Translations under genes and position numbers: made by a program
Assembly (NCBI GenBank): GCA_965204535.1
Contig: CBDBEV010000001.1
Span: forward strand, 2,336,001-2,400,000
Direction of reading: 5' to 3'
Source of the DNA: a bacterium
GTDB lineage: Bacteria > UBA8248
DNA: 64,000 bases
The notes under the pieces: model-generated
Seen by the model: the letters and a program-made list of their open reading frames with translations, nothing else
Database searches by the model: none
Told to the model about the DNA's origin: nothing
In this document: in pieces, positions 10,797 through 20,749 of the stretch
Layout of the letters: each line of letters starts with the position of its first letter
Position numbering within the stretch: the first letter of the stretch is position 1

Positions 10797-11954
10797 GTGG
10801 AGTTAGCTATTTCAAGGGATACGTTGCTCAGAGCCCTACAGACGATACAAGGTGTCGTCGAAAACAGAAGCAGCGCAATGCCAATACTACAAAATGTGCT
10901 TGTCGAGACCGAAGGTGATCAGAATATCCGTTTATTGGGTACGAATCTTGATATCAGCATGCGGGGTATGTTTGAGGCTGAAGTAGAAAAAGCGGGGAAA
11001 ATTACGCTCAATGCAAGGAAATTGTTCGACATTGTCCGAGAACTTCCTGAAGCGGAAGTTCGTTTCACGGAAGAAGACGGACAGTGGATTGAAATGCGCT
11101 GTGAGCGCTCGAAATTTCGTTTTCCGGGATTGCCGCCTGCGGAATTTCCCGCACTTCCAGAATCGAAAGAATCAGGCGCACACACAATTTCTGCTTCGGT
11201 TTTATCTGAAATGATTCGAAAAACGATGTTTGCGATATCGCAGGATGAGACACGCTATACTTACAATGGCGTTTTCATGGAAACCGAAGCCGACACCCTG
11301 CGCCTTGTCGCAACGGATGGCCATCGATTGGCGATGATCGAGCGGCCGAGCGAAGGGTTGGTGCTTAATGAAGGAGTGATAGTCCACAAAAAAGCTTTGG
11401 GAGAACTCGTAAAGCTCTTGCAAGGCGTCGAGGGTGACGTATCCGTTTCTCTCACCCACGTCCCGAGCGGTCAGGGCTTGTCTCTTTCGGGAGACGAAGC
11501 TTCTGTCTCCCTCACTCCAAACCACATTATTTTTCAAATGGGGAATATTGCCTTATCGGCTCGGCTGATAGACGGTGAATTTCCAAAATACAGGCAAGTG
11601 ATTCCAGATAACAATGAGCACTCCATTTTGATGAACCGGGAAAGTTTAACGCAAGCACTCAGGCGGGTTTCCCTTTTTACCAACGAAACGCGCATGGTGA
11701 AGTTCGCGTTTTCCCCGGGCCAGTTGAAGTTGACGACGAACGGTTCAGAGGTGGGGGAAGCTGAGGAAATCATAGAATCGAACGCGCAGACTGACATTAC
11801 GATTGGATTTAACTCAAGGTATTGTCTGGATGCGCTCTCCATATTGGACGAAGAACAAGTCAGCATGGAGTTAAAGGATTCGCTGAGTCCCGGGGTACTC
11901 TCTCCCAAAGACTCGGACGGTTATACATATGTTGTAATGCCGATGCGTGTCTAA
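10797..11954 (+). CDS. dnaN: DNA polymerase III beta sliding clamp
   Basis: PILQN, ATDGHRLA, RLIDGEFP.Y, IGFN..Y and VVMPMRV; AAGGAG RBS before GTG. Confidence 0.95.
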   Translation: MELAISRDTLLRALQTIQGVVENRSSAMPILQNVLVETEGDQNIRLLGTNLDISMRGMFEAEVEKAGKITLNARKLFDIVRELPEAEVRFTEEDGQWIEMRCERSKFRFPGLPPAEFPALPESKESGAHTISASVLSEMIRKTMFAISQDETRYTYNGVFMETEADTLRLVATDGHRLAMIERPSEGLVLNEGVIVHKKALGELVKLLQGVEGDVSVSLTHVPSGQGLSLSGDEASVSLTPNHIIFQMGNIALSARLIDGEFPKYRQVIPDNNEHSILMNRESLTQALRRVSLFTNETRMVKFAFSPGQLKLTTNGSEVGEAEEIIESNAQTDITIGFNSRYCLDALSILDEEQVSMELKDSLSPGVLSPKDSDGYTYVVMPMRV

Positions 11955-12087
11955 GCATCTTTTCGATTTGCGTAAAGGTTCCATTATGTGTAGCTAATTT
12001 CCCAAAATGGAAATGTTTTGGAATCGTCGTTTCTGAGGCGCCTCTTTGGTGGGGCGCCTGTATTTTTTCTGTCGTGGATTCGGCTAG

Positions 12088-13323
12088 ATGAAGTTTTATT
12101 TTTCAGAGAAGACGAGTGAGAATTCTAGCCGCTATTATGGCTGGGTGATAGTGGGCCTCACCTTTTTCACCATGGCTGTCGGTGGCTCCATCGTCGGTAC
12201 TTTTCCTGTTTTCTACGTGGCTTTTCTCAATGAATTTGGGTGGTCTCGAGCAGACACCGCTCTGGCGTTTTCTTTTTCAATGGCCACGTTTGCGATTTCG
12301 GCCGGCTTTATCGGGGCAATGGTGGACCGATGGGGCCCGAGAGTGATCATCCCTACGGGCATCACGATTCTATGCATCGGCCTTGTATTAATGTCACAGG
12401 TTTCCAGTTTACCCACCTTGTATTTTTTCTATGGAGGCGTTGTGGCACTAGGCATTACCATGTTCGGGTTCATTCCTACGAGCACTGTTGTGAGTCAATG
12501 GTTTGTGCAACGCCGCTCTGTGGCAATGGGGATATCGTTATCGGGAAGGAGTTGTGGCGGTATCCTCATGGTTCCGTTTTCCGCCTACCTCATCGCGACT
12601 TTCGGGTGGCGTGCGGCGTATGTTTTGTTGGCGATTGGCATCATCGTCTTGTTGGTTCCCTTGAATCTGCTTTTACATCGTAGCCGCGTCGACATGACGG
12701 AAAGAAAAACAGGGGACGACCTCGGGCCGAGTTGGACCTTGAAAGAGGCCCTGTCTGATTCAGTCTTTTGGTTGTTGTTTCTGGCAGGGATATTTAATGG
12801 CGTTGGTTTCAGCATTGTCGGCGTGCATCAGGCGGCCCACATGGTTGATGTGGGAATGAGCACCATGAAAGCCGCCTCCTTGATAGGGGGTCTGGCTGTA
12901 GTCAGAGCCTTGGGAGGCATTTTGGGCGGATGGGTGGGGGATAGAATCGGGCGAACCCGAACCTTTTATCTGCTTAGCTTGGTTGCCATGTCGGGCGTTT
13001 TTTTGCTGATGAATCTATCTGAACGCCTTGCTTGGCTGGGATACGCTTATGTTCTGGTGTATGGCATTGGCGCCGGTGCTCGAGGTGCAATTTTCGTATC
13101 GCTGAAGGCGGATATTTTCGCTGGCAAGAGTTTTGGCCGAATCCTGGGTTTTAGTCAAACGGGAGGAGGATTGGCCTCAGCCGTCGGGCCTTGGATTGCG
13201 GGATATATTTTTGACTTATGGGAAAGCTATTACTGGGCGTTTATTCTCGTGTTGGCGGTTCAGGTTTTTTCGCTTATTGCAGTGGCGGCGGCGTCTTCTC
13301 AAGCAAAGAGAAGGAAAGGGTGA
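12088..13323 (+). CDS. MFS transporter
   Basis: About 12 hydrophobic segments; G..VDRWGPR and GW.GDRIGR motifs. Confidence 0.9.
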   Translation: MKFYFSEKTSENSSRYYGWVIVGLTFFTMAVGGSIVGTFPVFYVAFLNEFGWSRADTALAFSFSMATFAISAGFIGAMVDRWGPRVIIPTGITILCIGLVLMSQVSSLPTLYFFYGGVVALGITMFGFIPTSTVVSQWFVQRRSVAMGISLSGRSCGGILMVPFSAYLIATFGWRAAYVLLAIGIIVLLVPLNLLLHRSRVDMTERKTGDDLGPSWTLKEALSDSVFWLLFLAGIFNGVGFSIVGVHQAAHMVDVGMSTMKAASLIGGLAVVRALGGILGGWVGDRIGRTRTFYLLSLVAMSGVFLLMNLSERLAWLGYAYVLVYGIGAGARGAIFVSLKADIFAGKSFGRILGFSQTGGGLASAVGPWIAGYIFDLWESYYWAFILVLAVQVFSLIAVAAASSQAKRRKG

Positions 13324-13338
13324 TTTTCCTGACTGTAT

Positions 13339-13911
13339 TCAGGAAGCTGCTTTTTCTTTTTCTGCAATCATCGATTCGATGAAGGAAATCATACTTTCAG
13401 GTGATGTTTGTTCAATATTCAATGTGCTGTGATATAGAGTTGAATCGGCAAAATCGACATTGAAGAAATATTGGGAAAACAAACCCTGATCCCGGTCTGA
13501 CCTCTTGATGGTTTCCTCCGCCGCAGTTCTCGTTACGCCTGACGATTCCATGAAGTGTCGGATGCGGGCTTCCAGGCTGCCGACGATCCGAAGATGCAGG
13601 GCATCGGTTCGATCCTTGAGGAGTATCTGACCACCCCACCCGCCGATAACCACGTTCCCTTTGTCTGCCGCTTCGTTCATGCTTTCAGATAAAACGCTTC
13701 GTAAGCTGTCTCGTCCGACGCCAAAGGTGCGTTCTAGGATTGTTGGAGCACGGCCTTCTATTTTCTCTAAATCCAGGGTCAAGCCTCGTTGTTTGCAAAT
13801 TTCGACGAGTTCGTCACGTCCCAAAAACGCATAACCTAATTCGTCCGCGAGCTGGTGCGCAATGAAAATTCCACCGGTCCCGTATTGACGTGAAATGGTG
13901 ATGACGGCCAT
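13339..13911 (-). CDS. Cytidylate kinase-like family protein
   Basis: VITISRQYGTGG..IA..LA..LG, NVVI.G.G and LYH..LN. Confidence 0.85.
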   Translation of the reverse strand: MAVITISRQYGTGGIFIAHQLADELGYAFLGRDELVEICKQRGLTLDLEKIEGRAPTILERTFGVGRDSLRSVLSESMNEAADKGNVVIGGWGGQILLKDRTDALHLRIVGSLEARIRHFMESSGVTRTAAEETIKRSDRDQGLFSQYFFNVDFADSTLYHSTLNIEQTSPESMISFIESMIAEKEKAAS

Positions 13912-14090
13912 GTGAAATCTCCTATTTTATGAACTCTATTTTAATAATACTTGTTCCACCAATCTTATCAAAATTAATCATATCGCACGACCTTGATGAA
14001 CAGCGCGTTTTTTGACCTCACTTGGCGAGATGGAGGTGAAAGGTGTCTTCGGGTATTCTGTAGCCGAGAGTTTCGGAGCAACCTGCACCG

Positions 14091-14684
14091 ATGATCACCG
14101 ATGGAGAGATAGGTTTCGTGAAAATTCCACCCGACGAACTTCTTGAACGCCTTGGTGTGCATACTCCGCTGTATGCCGCGGATGAAAAAGGAATTTTCGC
14201 TGTCTTGAATGATCAGGAAAAGGGCCATTTTTTCGCAGTGGATCGCGAAAGCGGCAATTTCCGCTGGCGAGTGGAGAACACGGCGGGTTGGGTGATAGCG
14301 CCTCCTCTCATCTGGGGAGATTTATACATCGTGGGTACAAGCAGCGCGGAAATGAGAAGAGAAGAAAAAGGAGGGCCGTTTGCGACGGTGGACTGGAAGC
14401 GTGGAGGTTCCGTTTATGTTTTCGGCGCAAGCGATGGCGCTGTGCGGTTTTGGGATGAAAAAACTGGCGTGGTAAGAGATAGCCTCAGAGTAGAGGATGC
14501 CGTCTTGATCGTGGAGGGAGAAATTCGGGTAGGTGGTTTTCAGGACGAAGAGCCGTGGTCTTCATCTTGCGAGGTGGAAAGTCGTTTCTCTTTAATATCA
14601 AAACGCTTGATCGCCCGCCGTGTGCGCGGAGATGTTCCTTTTGGATATTTTGAGGGAGAAGCGTCGCCAACTGAGTGGGTGTGA
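14091..14684 (+). CDS. PQQ-like beta-propeller repeat hypothetical protein
   Basis: FAVD..SG..RWR and VY.F.A.DG..RFW repeats; start uncertain. Confidence 0.5.
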   Translation: MITDGEIGFVKIPPDELLERLGVHTPLYAADEKGIFAVLNDQEKGHFFAVDRESGNFRWRVENTAGWVIAPPLIWGDLYIVGTSSAEMRREEKGGPFATVDWKRGGSVYVFGASDGAVRFWDEKTGVVRDSLRVEDAVLIVEGEIRVGGFQDEEPWSSSCEVESRFSLISKRLIARRVRGDVPFGYFEGEASPTEWV

Positions 14685-14689
14685 GGTTC

Positions 14690-15568
14690 TCACCTTTTTT
14701 TTCTTAATTCCTTGGCCATTAACGTCGCGTTTTGCGGAACCAGGTTTGAGCGAAACCAATTCCGGTATTCATCCATGTGAACGCTCGGAACCGCCTTCGC
14801 GGTGGTTCGATGTTTTTTCAGGGCTGCGGCGGTGCGCGAGCGTAATTTCGTCATATAGCCCCTGAATTCATCCCATACCTTTGAGGCGGGCTGAGTGGGA
14901 ATGGGTCCATGCCCGGGGACGAGGAACTTGGCGGGAAATTTCTTTAGTCTCGGGATCGCATCTATCCAGTTGCCGAAATTCCCCAGTCTCGCCACGGGGT
15001 GGGTTCGATAATCGAGCAGGTCTCCCGTGAAGAGAATTTTCTCCTCCGGCATCCACACAACGGTGTCTCCCTTTGTATGACAGTGACCAATGTGGGCCAT
15101 CTCGAATAATCGCCCGCCGTAGCGGATGGAAATTTCGCCTTTGAACGTCACCATGGGCGGTGCGACGTGAAGCTTGTCAATCAGGTGCTCCACTTTTTGC
15201 GGCCTTCCCGCCATTTGCTTCACCCAGATGCCCTCGTTCTCCTCTCGTTCCATCTCCAAACGCACGTTTTGCTCACCGACGGAAACGGCCCCTCGCTTGT
15301 GGTAGTAACCGTTATCGGAGGTGTGGTCGAAATTGTGGTGGGTATTGAGCACTAGACCAGGCGATTTTTGCATGATTTCTTTCATTCCGGACACAAAAGC
15401 CTTTCGTATACGGATGTCGTTATCAACGATGACGGGTTTTTCGTTCGTAAGAACGAGGCCGAAATTCGTGCCTCCGTCTCCTCCAATGAAAATATGCACA
15501 CCCTCTGCAATTTCGACGAACCCTTGGGTTTTTGCCGGACCTGGCAATGCCTTTACACTACGTGCCAT
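14690..15568 (-). CDS. MBL-fold metallo-hydrolase (cyclase-like)
   Basis: THHNFDH, HTKGD, FTGD and PGHG motifs. Confidence 0.88.
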   Translation of the reverse strand: MARSVKALPGPAKTQGFVEIAEGVHIFIGGDGGTNFGLVLTNEKPVIVDNDIRIRKAFVSGMKEIMQKSPGLVLNTHHNFDHTSDNGYYHKRGAVSVGEQNVRLEMEREENEGIWVKQMAGRPQKVEHLIDKLHVAPPMVTFKGEISIRYGGRLFEMAHIGHCHTKGDTVVWMPEEKILFTGDLLDYRTHPVARLGNFGNWIDAIPRLKKFPAKFLVPGHGPIPTQPASKVWDEFRGYMTKLRSRTAAALKKHRTTAKAVPSVHMDEYRNWFRSNLVPQNATLMAKELRKKR

Positions 15569-15690
15569 TGGTTTCTCCTTGCGGGGGCAGCGATGATGAC
15601 GATATCTTTATGGAAATCTAAGCCAAGGTAGCAGAGTGCTTTTGAAGCAACAATATCGAGAATAAAATTTTCATAAATGAGACTCCTGAT

Positions 15691-16896
15691 ATGAATCCTT
15701 ATTCTGCATTCATAGGACTTGAGTGTTCAAAAACCGGAGAACAATTCGAACCCGGCGGCCTGATGAATCTAAGCCCCTGCGGTGCTCCGTTGCTGGCGCA
15801 ATATGACACCGAAGCCGCAGCGCTGACTTTGGACATCAAGAATATGGTGGGTCGCGCTCATTCCATGTGGCGTTACCATGAAATGCTCCCGGCTCCCGAT
15901 GAGGATGCCATCGTTACGCTCGGCGAAGGCATGACACCCTTGTTGAGGGCGCGTAGTTTTGAAAAAGTTTTGGGACTTTCCTGCCTGTTCGTGAAAGATG
16001 AGGGTTTGAATCCGACGGGAAGTTTCAAGTCCAGGGGATTGTCCGTTGCGATCACGATGGCGCGGCATCTGGGCGCGAAAAAAATCGCCATACCAACGGC
16101 CGGCAACGCTGGCGGTGCGGCGGCAGCTTACGCTTCACGAGCGGGAATCGAAGCGTCTGTGTTTGTCCCCGAGGAAGCGCCGAGCGTGCATAAAGTAGAA
16201 TGTGCGTTGGCGGGGGCCGATGTGACCGTTGTTCGCGGCTATATACATCATTGCGCTGAAATCGTGGCGCAAAGAACTCCGACGGAAGGTTGGTTCGAAT
16301 TGTCAACGTTCAAGGAGCCCTATCGAGCCGAAGGTAAAAAAACCATGGCTTATGAACTCGTCGAACAATTCGGCGGCGATGTCCCTGATGTGATTCTTTA
16401 CCCCACAGGGGGCGGGACGGGATTGGTGGCGATGTGGCGCGCCTTTGGCGAACTCGAGGCGTTGGGCTGGATTGGCGAAAAAAGACCTCGCATGATTTGC
16501 GTTCAAGCCGAGGGCTGCGCACCGATCGTGCGGGCATATGAGAACGGCGATGAAGTTTCGTCCCTGTGGGATAATCCGACGACGGTGGTATCCGGCTTGC
16601 GCGCGCCGAAGGTGCTGGCGGATTTTCTGTGCCTTCGGACCATACGAGAAAGTGGAGGCACAGCGATTGCTGTTTCGGATGAAATGATGTTCGAGGCGCA
16701 AAGAAAAGTGGGTGCTTCCGAGGGGATTCTTATCTGTCCGGAAGGCGGGGCATGTATTGCGGCCTTGGAAGTTTTGGTTGAGCAAGGTGCCATCGGACGC
16801 GATGAACGTATCGTGACGTTTAATACAGCCACAGGCTTAAAATATGCAGATATGGTAGAAACGGAGGTCTCTGTTATCGACCCGCTTTCAGCGTAG
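15691..16896 (+). CDS. thrC: Threonine synthase
   Basis: MWRY, TLGEG.TPL, NPTGSFK.RG, AGNAG, EGKKT and PTGGG. Confidence 0.88.
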   Translation: MNPYSAFIGLECSKTGEQFEPGGLMNLSPCGAPLLAQYDTEAAALTLDIKNMVGRAHSMWRYHEMLPAPDEDAIVTLGEGMTPLLRARSFEKVLGLSCLFVKDEGLNPTGSFKSRGLSVAITMARHLGAKKIAIPTAGNAGGAAAAYASRAGIEASVFVPEEAPSVHKVECALAGADVTVVRGYIHHCAEIVAQRTPTEGWFELSTFKEPYRAEGKKTMAYELVEQFGGDVPDVILYPTGGGTGLVAMWRAFGELEALGWIGEKRPRMICVQAEGCAPIVRAYENGDEVSSLWDNPTTVVSGLRAPKVLADFLCLRTIRESGGTAIAVSDEMMFEAQRKVGASEGILICPEGGACIAALEVLVEQGAIGRDERIVTFNTATGLKYADMVETEVSVIDPLSA

Positions 16897-16908
16897 GATG
16901 AACGGCAA

Positions 16909-17337
16909 ATGATTGAGATAACAAGGCGAGAGGAATTCTCCGCGGCGCACCGGTTGTTTCGTTCCGATTGGAGCGATGAGCGGAATGAGGCCATGTATGG
17001 AAAATGCGCGAATCCGCACTATCATGGCCACAATTATGTTTTTGAAGTAACCCTGCGATGCCGCGTAAACCCAGAAACGGGGATGGCTTATAATCTGGCC
17101 GATTTGAAAGAGCTCATGAGCCGGGAAGTCGTAGAAGCGCTCGATCACAAGAATTTGAACGAAGATGCTATGGATTTCATGAAAAACAGGATCCCCACGG
17201 CGGAGAACATAGCGATTTCGATTTGGGAGTGTTTGGCGGAATATATAGACACGGAAATTCTTTTTCGCGTTCGCTTGTATGAAAACGAGCGAAATTTCGT
17301 GGATTATTATGGAGAAAGTTCCGATGGCGTTCGGTGA
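16909..17337 (+). CDS. 6-pyruvoyl-tetrahydropterin synthase family protein (C-X5-HGH, PTPS-II-like)
   Basis: FSAAHRL, GKCANPHYHGHNY, LDHKNLN, PTAEN and RLYE. Confidence 0.9.
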   Translation: MIEITRREEFSAAHRLFRSDWSDERNEAMYGKCANPHYHGHNYVFEVTLRCRVNPETGMAYNLADLKELMSREVVEALDHKNLNEDAMDFMKNRIPTAENIAISIWECLAEYIDTEILFRVRLYENERNFVDYYGESSDGVR

Positions 17338-18055
17338 ACCGAGAAATCTGGAGAAAAGAAGAATCGTTCTCACCGGGGCTTCTCGGGGAATTGGCCGTGT
17401 GAGCGCGCTTCGTCTCGCAAAAGCGGGAGCGAAAGTCCTTGCCGTTTCGAGGGATGCCGATGCCTTGGCGAGATTGGCTTTTGATTCAAAAGAGTACGTG
17501 GGGCAGATTTTTCCGCACAGTTGCGACGTGACGAAAGCCGACGAAGTGGAAGCACTTGGCGAAATGGCTGAAAAACGACTGGAGGGCGTGGACGCCCTGA
17601 TAAACAATGCGGGTTCAGGAGTTTTCAAGGATATCGAAAGCCTCTCGGTGGGTGAATTTAACGCTACGGTTTCAGTGTGTCTCACCGCCCCTTTCATGTT
17701 GACGCGGGCGCTATGTTCCATGTTGGAATCGGCGAATGGCGATATCATAAATATATCTTCTATTAGCGCTGTATCGGGATTTCCGGGAGCGTCGGCATAT
17801 TGTGCCGCAAAAGCCGGTCTTGAGGGGCTCTCCAGAGCATTGGTCGAAGAATTGAGGCCCAAAGGGATACGCCTTACCATCCTCCGGCCCGGAGCCTGCG
17901 CAACGGACATGTGGAAATCCATTCCGGGGGAGTTCGATTTTGAGGCGATGATCCCTCCTGAACTGGTGGCGGAAACCATAGAGTTTTTGCTCTCTCAATC
18001 CCGCAGGGCTTGGACGGAATCGATGGTGGTTCTTCCCCCCGAAGGCACGGTTTAG
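17324..18055 (+). CDS. SDR family oxidoreductase
   Basis: TGASRGIG, NNAG and Y..AK; overlaps PTPS. Confidence 0.9.
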   Translation: MAFGEPRNLEKRRIVLTGASRGIGRVSALRLAKAGAKVLAVSRDADALARLAFDSKEYVGQIFPHSCDVTKADEVEALGEMAEKRLEGVDALINNAGSGVFKDIESLSVGEFNATVSVCLTAPFMLTRALCSMLESANGDIINISSISAVSGFPGASAYCAAKAGLEGLSRALVEELRPKGIRLTILRPGACATDMWKSIPGEFDFEAMIPPELVAETIEFLLSQSRRAWTESMVVLPPEGTV

Positions 18056-18261
18056 CCAATTCCCTCTTTTTCCTGGGAATCTGTTGGGCCGCGCGGGGCA
18101 TCGTCCAAAATGCAACACAAAAAGTGTCGAAGGCGCTTGTTTAACGGGGTGAAAAAGGGTAATAAATTTGCCGCTGTCCCTTGGCGAATGGGAGTTCGCA
18201 GCATTTCCTGTGAGTGTGCGATCTCGAAATTTTTTTCATCATTTCTTCAGGAGGTTGGTCG

Positions 18262-18561
18262 TTGAGCATTATTCGATATGAAAATCTCGATGTCGAATAT
18301 GAAACGGAGACCGGAGGTTCCATTCTTGATGCAGATTTGGATAACGGCATCGATCATACCTGCGATTGCGGCGGCAATTGCGCCTGTTCCACTTGTAAGA
18401 TTGTCGTGATTTCTGGAGCCGAACTACTCTCTCCACAACAGGAAGACGAAAAAGATACGCTGGATGCCTATGGATGGAATCCGGATGAATATCGTCTGGC
18501 TTGTCAATGTGTCGTCGAAGGAGAGGGCCGGATCGTATTGAATATGCCTGAACCCGAATAA
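18262..18561 (+). CDS. 2Fe-2S ferredoxin
   Basis: CGGNCACSTC ... RLACQ; GGAGG RBS before TTG. Confidence 0.88.
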   Translation: MSIIRYENLDVEYETETGGSILDADLDNGIDHTCDCGGNCACSTCKIVVISGAELLSPQQEDEKDTLDAYGWNPDEYRLACQCVVEGEGRIVLNMPEPE

Positions 18562-18579
18562 AATTTAGCGCGTCGGTTT

Positions 18580-19215
18580 TCAAGTTTTGTTCCATGCGCG
18601 AACCACCGAATCGAAATCAACCATACCCTCACGCAAGAGTTTTGGCTTCTCGCCTCTCGCGTCCACGATGGTGGAAGGCCGTGTGTTTTCAAGTCTTCCG
18701 CCGTCCAGAACCAGCCCTACCTCGTTTTGAAATCGGGATAGAATTTCCTGTGCGCTTTGGAGAGGAGGCTCGCCGGATATGTTCGCGCTCGTCGCCACGA
18801 ACGGACCGAAGGACATGGCCAGGATGCGGCATAGCGCTTGATCGGGCATGCGAATGGCGACGGACGAACCCTCTCCGGTCAGCAGGGTGGACAGAAAGGG
18901 GGATGCCGGCAGCGCCAGGGTCAAACCCGAAGGCCAAAGAGAATCCATCAGGGCCAAGGCGCGTCGCGGGATGTCGCAGGCGACTCTTTTCAACTGATAG
19001 AGGCCCCCGATGAGAACGGGCGCGCCTTTCTCGTCTTTTCTCCCCTTGGCTTCATAGAGTTTCTCGATGGCTTCGGGGTCGAAAGCGTAGGCGCACAGCC
19101 CGTAAATCGTATCCGTGGGCAAAGCGACGATGTTTCCCGCCTTCAGTTCTTCGCCGGTCTGTAGAATTATTTCTTTTTCTGGTGAATCAGGGTCCACCGG
19201 GAGGATTTTGCTCAC
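18580..19215 (-). CDS. tsaC: L-threonylcarbamoyladenylate synthase (YrdC/Sua5)
   Basis: PTDTIYGL, K.R, WP..LT, TSANISG and PSTIVD. Confidence 0.92.
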   Translation of the reverse strand: MSKILPVDPDSPEKEIILQTGEELKAGNIVALPTDTIYGLCAYAFDPEAIEKLYEAKGRKDEKGAPVLIGGLYQLKRVACDIPRRALALMDSLWPSGLTLALPASPFLSTLLTGEGSSVAIRMPDQALCRILAMSFGPFVATSANISGEPPLQSAQEILSRFQNEVGLVLDGGRLENTRPSTIVDARGEKPKLLREGMVDFDSVVRAWNKT

Positions 19216-19218
19216 CGT

Positions 19219-19848
19219 CTATTTTTTCCGATACGTTCTTTTGGCGCGGCTCCGCTTGGGTCTTGTTTTTTGCCCGGAACTTTTTCTGGCGTCATTTTGT
19301 GGTTGTTTCGAACCGTCTTTTTGTGTTCGGGCGGGTGGCGGAGAAATTTCCTTCTGCAGTTCGGCGTCTGCAATCAGAACCTTCTCGGTTTGTTGTTGCG
19401 CGAAACGCCGGTATTCCTTCGCCAGTTTCGGATCGGTCAAGGCGAGGATTCGGGCGGCGTGAAGGGCCGCATTCCTCGCGCCGGGACCGCCGATTCCCAT
19501 CGTCGCCACGGGAATCCCAGGGGGCATTTGCACTGTCGAGAGGAGAGAATCGAGCCCGCCGAGTGAGGAGCTGTCGATGGGAACGCCTATTACGGGCAGA
19601 TCCGTAGCGGCTCCGACGACGCCCGCCAGGTGCGCCGACATGCCCGCGCCCGCGATCAACACCCGGATTCCGCGCTCGGGCGCCAGTTTGACGTATTCGT
19701 GTACGGCGTCGGGCGTGCGGTGAGCCGATAATACTCTCATCTCGGAGGGAATGTTGAAGGTTTCCAGCGCCTTCGTGGCTTCTTCCATCACCGGTTTATC
19801 CGATGCGCTTCCCATCAGTATCCCGACCAGGGGTGCTCTTGTGGCCAA
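19219..19848 (-). CDS. purE: N5-carboxyaminoimidazole ribonucleotide mutase
   Basis: MGS.SD, SAHRTP, AG.SAHLAG and QMPPG.PVAT; basic C-terminal tail. Confidence 0.95.
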   Translation of the reverse strand: MATRAPLVGILMGSASDKPVMEEATKALETFNIPSEMRVLSAHRTPDAVHEYVKLAPERGIRVLIAGAGMSAHLAGVVGAATDLPVIGVPIDSSSLGGLDSLLSTVQMPPGIPVATMGIGGPGARNAALHAARILALTDPKLAKEYRRFAQQQTEKVLIADAELQKEISPPPARTQKDGSKQPQNDARKSSGQKTRPKRSRAKRTYRKK

Positions 19849-19863
19849 AAGGTTCTCCTAATT

Positions 19864-20253
19864 TTATTGGGGGATGAACGCGAGCAGTTCGATTTCGAGT
19901 TTTGCGCCCGCGATGATTTTCGCCGCCTGAAACGTCGTTCGCGCCGGGGGGTCTTCCGTCCCGAAGTACTCCTCGAACACGGCGTTCATTTCCCCCAGAT
20001 CCGCCAAATCTTCCATGAAAATGGTCACTTTTACGGCGTTTTTGAGCGCCGTGCCGCCCGCCTCGCAAACCGCCTTCAGATTCTCGATGACTTGCCGCGT
20101 CTGCTCGGCCACGCCGCCCGGGACTAGTTCCCCCGTCTTAGGGTCGAGGGGCAGCTGCCCCGAGCAGTGAAGCCACTCCCCCGCCTGAACCGCCTGGGAG
20201 AGCGGCACCTTGCCCGATGCGGCCTTGTCCGTATGAACCACTCTTTTCTTCAT
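19864..20253 (-). CDS. ridA: RidA/YjgF family protein
   Basis: SQAV, SGQLP.DP, N.V..YF..PPAR and EIE; AGGAGG RBS. Confidence 0.88.
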   Translation of the reverse strand: MKKRVVHTDKAASGKVPLSQAVQAGEWLHCSGQLPLDPKTGELVPGGVAEQTRQVIENLKAVCEAGGTALKNAVKVTIFMEDLADLGEMNAVFEEYFGTEDPPARTTFQAAKIIAGAKLEIELLAFIPQ

Positions 20254-20749
20254 GATCCCTCCTGTGCGCCTGAAGCGTGACGCCCCATCAAAACACAAAA
20301 CGAGGCCCGTGGGTATCTTTCGCGGCGTCTTTCGATATGCGCGAGATAACTTCATGTTTATCAATTGGTTGCAATGCTTCGCGCGCCGCTCTAAGGGCGA
20401 GGCTCCCCCGCAATTGCCCGCATTTGTCGTTATCGCGTGAGGCGCGAGCATGGCAGAATTCCTCTGTGCCGCGACCCGGCTGCGTCATTTCCCGAGAATT
20501 TAATTTTCATTTATTTATCGAAAGACACGTTCATAGTCCCACCCTATAGACAATCGTACGACTGGATACCCACAAGCACGATAAACCACTGTATTAAAAG
20601 CAGTAGTTATCATACTTTCTTTTTCGCCTCCCCTTGCACTTACGTCATATTTACGCTATAACGGACGCATATTTGATGCCGGACGTATGCGATTTGATTA
20701 CGGATCGTCCATATCCTCCGGCCCGTGACACGATTTCCTGGGAGTGCCC

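Noticed and set aside
20544-20554. ATTGTCTATAG on the minus strand, resembling the R388 nic site
   Set aside because: Only 11 nt, no properly placed hairpin and no leading-region context; the F-like site at 43389 fits much better
20254-20740. tRNA or tmRNA at the island's left junction
   Set aside because: No cloverleaf, T-loop or CCA pattern found by eye
20684-20746. Translation VCDLITDRPYPPARDTISWE, vaguely like the guaA C-terminus (a known island att target)
   Set aside because: Needs several gaps, has no stop after WE and overlaps the integrase RBS; no guaA in the window
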